Assembly: GCA_028023455.1 (NCBI GenBank)
Contig: JAQFVV010000009.1
Coordinates: forward strand, 10,602,001-10,666,000
Reading direction: 5' to 3'
Origin: Epiperipatus broadwayi
Taxonomy: Eukaryota; Animalia; Onychophora
Length of the DNA stretch: 64,000 nt
The position numbers and the translations under genes were made by a program. Of the stretch, positions 15,100 through 26,206 are shown piece by piece (within the stretch, counting starts at the first letter, position 1; the number at the start of each line of letters is the position of its first letter). Under the pieces are notes generated by a model. That model saw nothing but the letters and a program-made list of their open reading frames with translations. It was not told where the DNA came from and did no database searches.

Positions 15100-15620
15100 T
15101 TGTTACAAATGTACATACATTCTACAAGCGGAAATACCTTTCTTTTTTTTTTAATTAAACGCACTCATTTCGACAATAATTAAATTGTGGAATTTTTTCA
15201 AGATGTTTTTGGAGTTTCTGTTTTTCAAAGACTTCTGGTTGCTATTGAAATGTATATCAATGACGTCAATTTATCTAGAAACCTGCCATTAACTTGCGTT
15301 ATAACCCTTTATTTAGCAGAAAACGATATTGTTTTTCTATCTCAGCTTCTGTTTATAGAAAAGTTCAAAATAATTCTAAAAATATTATAGTTATTAATTA
15401 TTATTTCTTTAAATCAAATATTTATATTTAATTACTTATTTGTTTTGGAATTTTAATTGATAATTTGATTATATTTTAAAAGAAACATTCTAGTAATATT
15501 TGCAGTCATCATTAGTAGCAATTATTCTCAATTGATTATGATTACTATAACTTGCGTAAAAGTGGAGAAACAAAGAGGATTTTTAATCATACAAACGAAT
15601 CTTTAAAAACCACACGCTGA
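15100..15620. promoter_or_regulatory. Promoter-like CpG-retaining patch
   Basis: Locally more CG dinucleotides than background; perfect CRE TGACGTCA at 15261-15268; ETS-like GCGGAAAT at 15128-15135; possible minus-strand donor AG|GTATTT near 15138. Confidence 0.3.
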
Positions 15621-17073
15621 ATATATATATATGGGCTTTTATTTGACAATTTGCAACACTGTCTTTTGAGTCTTCATATAATACTTCTTTCAAAAAACAA
15701 TTTCAAGACTTAATCTAATTGTAAAACTTCATTGTATTCTCTTTGTCTTGTTCTCTCAATGAAAGCAATCAGTATTGCTCACTTCCAATGGCTTTAATTT
15801 GTATAATGGAAATTGGATGTACTTCTACAAAAATTTATTTGAATAATATATTTGTAAAGAATTTTTTGTAAAGAAGTCTATCTATATGCAGTTGCTTTTT
15901 ATTCACATGAAGGTGTTTACTGACAATTAGAGATGTAATACCAGTATATCCAGAAAGATGAAGTGCATAGGTGAATTAATCTTATGGTCTTGCATAATAT
16001 TTTCAGAATCTTACAGAATATTTTTAAATGAAATTTTTTCTGAACCTTTACATTAAATCAATAAAGAACTTCATGCCTCACTTTCACATAATAAATTTGA
16101 AAGAATAATAGTCGTGTATACATTATTTTAATTTATCACTATGATTTAATTAGCATTTACTAAGTTATTAATTGCAGAAACTACATGCTGCTGTCTGTAA
16201 TATACTTTAAAATCCAGTTTTATTTTTATACATAAAAAAAAAGTCTCATGATATTTAATCTGATCAACATTTTTAAGCTGATAGTCATCCAAGACACACA
16301 GACTAATAATAAAACCATTTAAATTTTGAACATTAATTAGTAAATCAAATTCTTTATAAGTTACATTCAAAATGTTAAAAACATTCTGTAGGTCTACATG
16401 TGAAGTGGCTAGGATAAAACAATAATCAACACACGGTAAGTGTAGGAACCAAAAAAAAACTGAAGTTCTTGCTTTTAATCATTTCACATTAATAATTCTA
16501 TTTCTATACCTCTGTTATGATTTTACACTTGATTCATGAAGTTTATCTAAGAATTGTTTTAGGATTATTTTCATAAATATAGAAAGTTAAGTTGGGGCTA
16601 GTACATATTACTTTTTATCACTAGTTTTTGTTTTAAATACCTCAGAGATTTTTCAATGCCAGCAATGAGGTTTCACTATATAAATAAATTTTTATAAAAA
16701 CCTGTGAGTTTTAAATATTGCTACAGAACGTCTCATGCCTCAATTAAATCGAAACTAGCAATATATAAATTATACTTGCCTCATAAAATTTTTAAAAAAT
16801 ATTATGGCAGAAAATGTATTTGTGTATTTCTTGATAATTTGTAAATCAAACTGAATCTCTTATACTTTCTCATGTACAATTGAAAGCAGACATCTTTGGA
16901 AATGTTTTTGCTGTGGTGATGATATTTGATGACAATCACTAAAATCTTTTATAGACTTTTATTTTAGGAAAAATTGTAATACTAGAAATAAATACATCAC
17001 CATTATATCTTAAAACTTTTTTCCAATATATCATTGTTAAAATTACAATGTGTTGATTTAACTTCATTAAGAT

Positions 17074-17240
17074 ATATATAAAATACATATTTTGCGGGTT
17101 CATCCGTGTTAAAAACTTTTAATATCAATATACTGACGTTTCGACTTGGTCACACAAGCCATCCACAGAGTTATAACACGGATGAACCCGCAAAATATGT
17201 ATTTTATATATTTAACCCGTGCAAATCTTCGTTTTAACAT
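17074..17240 (-). mobile_element. PLE-type fold-back remnant with hammerhead motif
   Basis: Perfect 38-bp inverted arms 17074-17111 / 17174-17211; between them on the minus strand CTCTGTGGATGGCTTGTGTGACCAAGTCGAAACGTCAG (HHR with CUGUGGA in place of CUGANGA); right side carries an extra tail ACCCGTGCAAATCTTCG; possible 14-bp TSD TTAA(G/C)ATATATATA. Confidence 0.8.
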
Positions 17241-18063
17241 ATATATATATATTCTAATCTAAATAAGTCAAAAGGTAAATACATTATAAAAAAAATCATT
17301 TAAAGTTCTGTATGATTATTCAAAAGTTGGTCAAGATATATCCTGATTTTTTCAAAATATCACTGAGTTCCATTCATTGACCTAACCCTTTCACAGTTTG
17401 CCATTTTTTTCTTAGAACCAATTTGAATTAAATTTTTTATTTTAATAATAAGCTAACTTTCATTCTTTATTACATTTTTACAACAAGCAAATTATTTTTT
17501 AGAACTATAAATTGATAAATGAAAATCATACTTAAAAATATTTCAACTTTGAAAATATAGAGAGAAAAGTAATAAACTAAAATGTATAATCAGAATAATA
17601 GCTTTTTTGTTATATTTCTGATAACATATTTTTAAACAAAACATAATTTGTTTTAACTTCTTTTTAAAATCTGAGCAAATTTTTGTTAGAGCATTATAAA
17701 GCATTGAAATTTAGTTTTAAAATTTAAAATTCTACTTATAATTACTTAAAAATAACAACAATTAATGGGGTTATATTATTGTATTTTTTTAAAAAAAATA
17801 TCTATAGTGTTCATAATCAGAAAATCATTCTTTCCTTCCCATTTTCAATCCACCAATTGCTCTCAAAAATCTTTTTTCATTAATTTCCGAATACCAATGT
17901 TTATATTTTAATGTTCTTGGATACAAATTTGCATTCAAGTGTGTGTATACATGGATTTTTTTTTCATATTGTACTACAAATATTTCTATCAGATATATAT
18001 TGAATATGTATGATTTATCCAGTGGAAGTCAATAGGCAATGCCAATAAATTTCTCTGCCTGTG

Positions 18064-18304
18064 TAATTTTTCAGAGCAGTATGCACATTATCAAATGAGA
18101 TCATTAATATAAAAAGCAATACAAATTCTATTAAATAGTTTATATAATGTCAATATCTTATAATTAAGTACAAAATGAAAAATTATACTACTGTCTAATT
18201 ATTCAGAGCAATATGTACATTATCAAATGAATCCATTGATAAAAAAGAAATATGAATTCTTGTCAGTATTTTATAACTAAACATAAAATGAAAAAGTATA
18301 ACTA
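18064..18304. repeat. Diverged tandem duplication, about 130-bp unit
   Basis: TTCAGAGCA(G/A)TATG(C/T)ACATTATCAAATGA...AAAATGAAAA repeated at about 18064 and about 18196. Confidence 0.75.
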
Positions 18305-18600
18305 AATGAAATTCCAATATATTAGTGTTATAAAGAACTAAGCCTGAATTAATTTGTGTCACAATTTTGCAATGTCTCAATTCACTCATAAATCATTACA
18401 TATTAGTGTCATTATATACAAGTTCCATTTGAACTTCTAAAGAGAGATTAGTTTAGAAGTTGATATTTTTGAAAGATAAAATTTGGGGAAAAAAAACACC
18501 AAAATGAGAGGCTTGGAAAACAAAACAAAAATATAAGTATATTGATCAAAACTACCCCAAATCTAAAATTAAACCAAACCAGCATAAAAATAATATTAAA

Positions 18601-18644
18601 ACACAACCTATGGTTTCACTGCTACAAGCAGACTTCTCAAGTGT
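18601..18644 (-). ncRNA. Variant hammerhead ribozyme motif in 3' pseudo-LTR
   Basis: Minus strand ACAC-UUGAGA-AGU-CUGC/UUGUA/GCAG-U-GAAAC-CAUAG-GUU-GUGU; stem I ACAC/GUGU, stem II 4 bp; core differs from CUGANGA. Confidence 0.55.
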
Positions 18645-18680
18645 AAAGAACTACAAAGAAACTACACAATATATATACTA

Positions 18681-21031
18681 TTAAAAACTACCCACAAATC
18701 CATTCACTTCCCATCCACCCTTAATATTAAAAGAACTCTTAAATAAGTTAATTGCTTCAGAATAATAAATTTTCAATAATAAAGACTCTTTAACTCTTCT
18801 TTTGATTTCATTTCTCTCAAAGAAGACAACCTTAGCTTCATCAAAATCAATAGTGTGACCTATATCTTTTTCATGGACATACAAAGCAGAACTAAAATAT
18901 ATATTTTTAACTCTACTTTTATGAACCTTTATTCTTTCATTTAAACTCAAACTACTCTGGCCTATGTAAACCTTCTTACAAAATAAACAAGGAATAAAAT
19001 ATACTACACCAGGAATAGTCTTTCTATCAAAAACTTCTTTTGTATTATTTAATAAATTATTCAATGTAACACCCCTTTTTCAAGCAATTTTCTTATTTCC
19101 AAACAATTTACTATTTCTACACACAATTTTATAAGAAGACAATTTAAATGGCAAAGAAATAAAATCATATTTTTCTTTAACCTTTACATCCTTACAAATA
19201 TTACTATTAAATAAAATACTTTTAACAAATTTATCAGAGTATCCAATACTCAAATAATCTTTATAAAATTGATATTTCTGAAACAAAGCAACCCCACTAG
19301 AATTATTTAATTTAATATTCTTATGACAATAATTCCTTAAAGCAGCTACTTTATAAAATACAGACTGATAGCTATCAGGTTCAATTATAGATCTTAATTC
19401 TTTACTTTTAACTAAATGACTGCACAATAAACAATTAGTTTCTATATTTCTAATCACCAAAAGATCTAAAAATTTTAACTTACCAAACCTTCAATTTATC
19501 ATTCTCAACTACAAATAAACAATCATCAACATATCTGACAAATAATTTTACATATAAACAATTCTTTTTAATAATAATTTCCTCTTCCATAAAACTAACA
19601 TAAACTGAACTTACTAAAGGAGAAATAATATAACCTATTATCCACCCTTTCTTAATCTTATAAAAATTACCTTTATAAGTAAAATACATAGAATCTTCCA
19701 ATAACAAAAGCAAATCTTTAATTACCTTAATTTTATTTTTTGATAAAGAACTTTTCTTAATCAATACAGACAAAAGAACATCAATACTGCTTAGGCTATT
19801 AACAGACTGATACATATTTTCAATATCTAAACTTCCAAATACCCAATTACTTTCCATTTTAAAATTATTAATCTTATCAAAAACCTCAAAAGAAGAAGAA
19901 ACTGTGTACTGACCAAAATCAACAAATTGTTTTAAAAAATTATTCAAGAATCTGGAAATACCCTCTACAACACTACCTGTAAAATCAAAAATAAATCTTA
20001 AAGGAAAACCATCTTTATGAGTTTTAATATTCACAAACATCTTAGCTGATATAAAATCATTAGGATAGCATTTTAAATAATCTACTCTATTAAAAATTTT
20101 TAAATTAACCATTTTCTTCATAATATCTATCAATTTTCTTTTAATCAAATTACCTGGATTTTTAACTAACAACATATATTTACCATTATTTAATTCTCTA
20201 TCCATTTTCTCTTTGAATTCATCTCCTTTCATAATAACAAACCTACCAGCTTTGTCTTCATGAAAAATGATTACATCATTAGCAATTAACCTATTTTTAA
20301 GATGTTTAATCTCAGCAGGATTAATAACAAATTTTTCTTTCCTTTTTAAACTTTTATTCAAAATCGATTGAATACCAACTTTCTGCTCATCACTCAAATT
20401 ACTAGATTCAATAGACGAAATTGTATCAAAAACTATATTTTTTGAATGAAATGGAACAAAATTAGGGCCTTTACCAAGAATATCTAATTCTCTATCATTT
20501 AACTTCAAATCCGAAAGATTAACAACTCTATCCTCAGAAACCTTATTCTCATACCCTTTATCACCACAATAAACTTTATTAACTTTCCCAAACAACCACT
20601 TTAATTTTCTTTCATATTTTTTTACAATAGAAATTTGACCTATTCTGTCTAAATTGTCTCATAAAAAAATTCAAAATTGAATAATTAAAATCTTGCCTCC
20701 TTTCTAAATAATATCTATTCCTTTTATATAGATAAATAAATTTATAAAACCTTTCAAAAGTATCTTTTAAAAAACTATTCAATATATATGTTTGTAACTT
20801 AAAAACTAAATTTTTATTTTGAAGCAACTTTTTATTTCTACTAAAATTAATAACACAGCACCTAGGAAAAACACTAAATTCCCTACATTTTTTAAGAAAA
20901 TAAATCTGCCATCGTAAAGACTCTATCCTATCACTCAATTTAGACAAATTTTTAATCCTTCTAATATCATTAAATGGAAAATTATTAAAAACTAAACTCC
21001 ACAAACCCATACTAAAAACCCAAATTACCAA
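18681..21031 (-). pseudogene. PLE RT plus GIY-YIG endonuclease polyprotein, disrupted
   Basis: Four ORF pieces: 20612-21031, 19480-20595, 19080-19460, 18681-19064. Frameshift in an A-run near 20617; frameshift with probable deletion after YVDD near 19480 (GKLKFLDLLV continues in another frame); in-frame TGA at 19080. Confidence 0.9.
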
Positions 21032-21404
21032 TACCCTTAAAAATTAAAACCCAATAAAACCTACACACACTTCTATATACATATAACTAAATAAACACAA
21101 ATATACTCTTTCAACCCAAACTCAAACAACAAACATAATATACATAAATGACATTCAAATATATCAATAATTAAAAACAAAAAAATATATATATATCAAT
21201 AATAAAATGTCAATAATAAATATCAATATTAAAATATCAATAATAAAAAAAAAATCTTTACACTACATCAGCAAAACTACTCTTAAACGCAAAAAAACTC
21301 ATTAAAATGTAAACATTACAAGCATAAAGCTAAACTAGTCAATATAAAATCAAAACTACCCTAAATCTAAAATTAAACCAAACCAGCATAAAAATAATAT
21401 TAAA

Positions 21405-21448
21405 ACACAACCTAAGGTTTCACTGCTACAAGCAGACTTCTCAAGTGT
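21405..21448 (-). ncRNA. Variant hammerhead ribozyme motif in 5' pseudo-LTR
   Basis: Same motif as 18601-18644, with stem III region GAAAC-CUUAG-GUU. Confidence 0.55.
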
Positions 21449-21509
21449 AAAGAACTACAAAAAAAAAACTACACAATATATATACTATTAAAAACTACCC
21501 ACAAATCCA

Positions 21510-21784
21510 ATCACAAGCCATCCAGAGAACCACAAATAATCAAAAAATACAAAGTGATAATGATAAACTGATCTGCAATCTAGTAGCTATTGGCTGTCAT
21601 TATTAAAAACTCAATTTGAGAAGCTTGAAAAACAAAACACAAATATATTGATTTAGTATATTGTTTATATCATCTAATCACAAGTGATACAGAGAACTAT
21701 AAATAATCAAAAAAATACCAAATGGTAAAGAAACTGATTTGCAGTCTAGTGGCTATTGGCTGTCACTATTAGAAACTCAATTTT
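21510..21784. repeat. About 167-bp diverged direct duplication; the first unit appears interrupted by the PLE
   Basis: 21512-21617 resembles 21679-21784; 18507-18544 (GAGAGGCTTGGAAAACAAAAC...TATATTG) resembles 21618-21660. Confidence 0.65.
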
Positions 21785-23690
21785 GCGCTGTAGTTATTTA
21801 ATAGGTAATTTTTATTTCTAAATATCACCCTTAAAATATTACAAACAATAACAAACTACAACTAACAGAAACTACAACTAATAGTGAAGAAATAAGATTA
21901 TTTGATTATACCACTATGCCTTTAGGTGAACAATTTAAAATACACAAGCATATATATATATATATTAAGTAAAAAAAAAAAAAGCAGTATACATAATAAA
22001 CATATTTCTTAAAATTGCAAATTAAGTTTTGAAGTACTGTCAAAATATTTCAATGAAATCTTCATCTTTTGAGTTCCTACTTTCCACCCTAACAATTATA
22101 TTAGCTTTCCATGTTTTTGTTTTATCTTCCAATATTGTTTCAACATTAAAGTTTTTTAATGCATTTTGATTATTTGAAAAATTAAATTATACCGAGTTAG
22201 ATTTAATTTTGTTTTATTATTTTGGAGTTGTTAATGCAAATTGGAAGATGAAGTCAAACTATAAAGGGTTTATTAAAGAAAACGTTATTTTAGTCGTTTT
22301 TATTTTCTTAATGTTTTGATTTACCAGGAGTTTTAAAACTTTTTGGCATAACACTTAATAAAGCAAAAAATGATTAAATATAAAATATATCTTTAAAAAT
22401 ATAATTTTTATTATATAATTGCTGTAATTAGATTACATAATAACATATAGTTTTAAAAATAAAATAAAATAAAAAATCTTTAAACTATTTATTTTTAGGA
22501 CCAGGAATTTTAAAAAATCAGCCATGGGAAGTAAGTCAAAGTTAATGCATTCGTGTGACACATACACACATATAAATTTGTCATTGCAATGCTGAGGTGA
22601 TTGCCTAAATTTTCTATACTTTATTAGCCAATAAAAACTGGCTTTTCAATGAAACATTGCAACATTCTGCTATTTTTATCTTGCTTACTGCCATTATGCA
22701 CCGGTCCTACCATCGTTTATAAAGAAAATTTAATGCTACGCTGTAATAAGATTTTATTAAAAATTGTTGGAAACCAATGACAAAATACTAGTTATGTCAT
22801 TTAAATATTTTGTTTTTTGCTTGATTAAAGTATTTCTTCTGTAACCTTTCCAGAAATTATCTAAAACATATATGCGCTATTTGCACAGATAATGAAGCTA
22901 GGATAAAGCGAATTTTTTTTAAATTTATTAAAATATAAAGCTGTTAAATTAAAGAGCTGAGCGCTTTCAAAAAACTACTTACTCTCATAATCATAGCTGT
23001 TGTTATAACTGCTTTGTAGAAATATAAATGGGATTTATGCAAATTAATGCAAATGAGTTATAATTGCCATTTCCGAGACATATATAAATAAATAAATTTA
23101 ATTTAATCTTATAAAATTGTAATACATTAAAAATAAAATTCATAAATGAATATTAACTATAAGTAGATTATAGTATGTACACCATCCTCAATTAATAGGC
23201 TTATGTTTTTCTCAAAATAGTTATCTGTCAAATACACAGAATTTTTTATTATCTATGAAAATATTCAATTAAAAAATAAAGATGAATCATATATTCAATA
23301 CCTATGGGTGTATAATATCATTCACCAATAATGAAAGCTACTTCTTATTATAATTATATTTTTTCATAGTCAGTATATTAACTATGACCATTTTTAGTAT
23401 CAATATTGTGATATGTTGGTTAAGCTATCAAGCCTCACTTACCTTCCTGCTCTTTAAATGCATTATAGACCACTGATTCCTCAGAGCTTAACAATGCTTT
23501 ATAAGTGATTGGATGAAAATTTGCTTTTAATATAGAGTTTGCTTTTTATTATTTATATGATTGAATTCTTAACATGTATAATAAAACTGAAAGTTATTGT
23601 TTAGAATAAATGAAATATTCCATGATTAAGAAATTTTAAAAAAAACATAAATAAAGTATTGTTTGTGTTGATTTATTATAATTATTTTTC

Positions 23691-23975
23691 GAACATAGTA
23701 AACAATCTGGGCACAACTTCATACCTGCCAACCCCATTATTTTATGTTCAGAGCCAAATGATTACAGGAGAAAAATAAAGGAGGCATTCTATATTAATAG
23801 AGACATCCATGCCATTAACAGAAAGGACACATGCTTCGAGATCTCGAAAAAATGGGCTACGTAACAGTAGCTTATTTGAATATTTACATTTGCATATATT
23901 TATTACACTTTTCATGAAGGCTATGAGTATGAGGCATGGTTCCTCGAAAACGTTCAGCCGATAAATTTTTAATAG
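23691..23975 (+). mobile_element. PLE 3' fragment: GIY-YIG C-terminus plus decayed hammerhead
   Basis: Open frame 23691-23864 EHSKQSGHNF...ILCSEPNDYRRKIKEAFYINRD...KKWAT*; then GGCT-ATGAGTA-TGAGG-CATGGTT-CCTC-GAAAAC-GTTC-AGCC at 23919-23959. Confidence 0.8.
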
Positions 23976-25119
23976 TAAGTTATATTTTCTCTAATTAATA
24001 ATTACAATTAAGTATTTTTTGTTTTTACATATAAGGAGAAATTAAAACCATATTTATTATATAATTATTTTAATTTAATAATCCTAAAACAGAGAAAACA
24101 ATATAACATAGATTTTAAAAATAAATAAATTGAGAAAGACATTATTAGAATGGAAATATTTTGTTGACATATTTCACAAAACATTAAAAGATACATTTAT
24201 TTATTAAATTCTCCAATTACTGTATTCTCATTTCTTTGTTGTTGTTTTTTTTTTCTCATAGATTACGAATTTTCAGAAAGCATTATTGCATAGCTCATCA
24301 TCGTTCTTGCATTCTGCTGATCCCTTTTTTCATTGCTGATTGCCTTCTACTATGCATTTTTATTGTTTTTTTCTTAATCTCATGACATTTTTTATTATGT
24401 TACAAACTCTCAAGATCTTTAACAGATGGTTTTCTTTCTTTTTTTTTTCCTCCTGTAACATTTTTTAGACTTTTGTTGTTTATAACTTGAAGTTAATCCT
24501 TGTTTATTGATTTCCAACTTTTAGCACTCTAGAGAAGCTATAAAAATTCTCCGATTGAAGATTTTGCTTTTAATAAAGAAGTAATTTGACTTATATATTC
24601 AGGAATTTTTCAAAACACAGACCTGTCTTAGTATGTAGGTGCATATTTTTTTTTGTCTTCATATATTACTTGTCTTAATAACCTATCTATGAATCTAACA
24701 CTATTTCAAGATATATGTGTTATATACTATGTTGAAAAGTAATTTTTTGAAAGATATTACGAGGTTCAGAATATGAAAAAAACAAAACAATAAATGTATA
24801 TATTGTAAATATCAAGCCTAAATTAACCCATATATTTATATATAAGAGAAAAAAAACTGCCTTAAATATTAGCTCACTGCAAGCAATGATCTCTTTAAGG
24901 AAGAGTAATAAGAAAGCAGTTAACAATTATTTAGGTTAATCAACTGCTAAATGGTGAAGATTTTGATGCCTCTTTATTTTACATTTTAATTTAGAAAAAT
25001 AGTGTGATAATTATTTATTAACCAATGTTAACTAATTATCTAGGCTGACCATGGGTCAGCTACTTGAAAACTTTCTATGTTCCAATGCAATAATTTATTC
25101 TTGATTTGATAAAACCTTT

Positions 25120-25625
25120 TTACAGTTTCAATTAACTAACAGTCTTCTTCAAAGCTATAATATATAAATATGTATGAGCATATAAGCATATATTATCTAA
25201 ACAATATCTAATTAAATAATGATTTTTACAATTTGATGTGTCTCCCCTAATATATATTATATGTATATATAATTAATATATGCCCTATATAATACATTAT
25301 TCATGAAATTGAGTACTTAACTATACACATTTCATTAATAATGATTTATCTTAATGGTATATATTTAAAGGGATTCCACCTTTATTGTTAAAAGGAGGTT
25401 GCCTTGATAACAATTTGAAATTGTTGAGTGTTATTGTTATTAGGATTGTCTAAGTGTTGGATGGATTTTAATGATATATATTTATTAGAGAATAGATATC
25501 AAATTATAAAATTTATTAGTTATATATAGTTTAGATACTATATGTTTATGTGCTCATATATATTTATATATTATGCCTTTGAAGAAGACTTTTGGTCACC
25601 TTGAAACTTTAAGAAGACTTCTGTC
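25120..25625. mobile_element. Old head-to-head PLE-type inverted repeat with decayed HHR motifs
   Basis: Diverged inverted arms 25141-25237 / 25498-25590; each continues outward as TTTGAAGAAGAC...TTGAAACT. Confidence 0.6.
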
Positions 25626-26164
25626 AAGTTAAGAAAGTATATAAAGAAGAGGGTATTTATTTAATTACTATTGTAATGGTCCAGGTTTTCCACTAGAAAA
25701 GGGGGAATGTATCTAACTATGGTCAATCCTAGGATCTTCAGGTAGGATGCTGTGATTGATGCAATGAAGTAACTAACCAATGATCATGTCTACCTCCAAT
25801 GGACTAGTTCTAGGTTTACTCATTAAATTCAGACACAGTTTAGGCCTGTTCATCCATTCTTCACCGTCTTTCAGATTCCATTATGCCTCAGAATTCAAAT
25901 CCAGGGAGAATGTCATCCTCAGCTCTCTTCAGGGTTGAATTTATTCTAGATAGCAACCACTGAATCACTGTGTGGATTCTAACTGAGTGAAAGACTCATC
26001 TAACCATACTATTGTGTAGTTTGTGTGTACATATATATCCGGTTATGAATTGATGGATGGATGTATAAATAATTCTGACAAACTAGAGACCATTTAATGA
26101 AAATCAATTGAACAAGATTTATTTGACTAACAAAATGAAAATTCCAAAGTCTCTTAACATGATA

Positions 26165-26195
<31 letters not shown>

Positions 26196-26206
26196 TGTGT
26201 GTGTGT
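26165..26206. repeat. (AAT)n plus (TG)n compound microsatellite
   Basis: Read directly. Confidence 0.9.

Larger units (their letters stand above)
18545..21509 (-). mobile_element. Penelope-like retroelement (Penelope/Poseidon layout), defective, with direct pseudo-LTRs
   Basis: Direct repeats 18545-18702 and 21349-21509 that include the end of the ORF; RT motifs (GPNFVP, DKAG, LDIENMY, YVDD) and C-terminal GIY-YIG (GVVYFIPCLFCKKVYIGQS). Confidence 0.95.

Noticed and set aside
19080-19082. In-frame TGA in the PLE ORF as possible selenocysteine recoding
   Set aside because: The same ORF has two other frameshift lesions, the position is not an obvious Cys site, and no SECIS-like hairpin is visible in the short 3' UTR.
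21036-21261. Possible GT-AG intron in the PLE 5' leader (minus strand)
   Set aside because: Penelope elements can retain introns, but these splice-like dinucleotides lie in a T-rich low-complexity tract and are expected by chance; transcript data would be needed.
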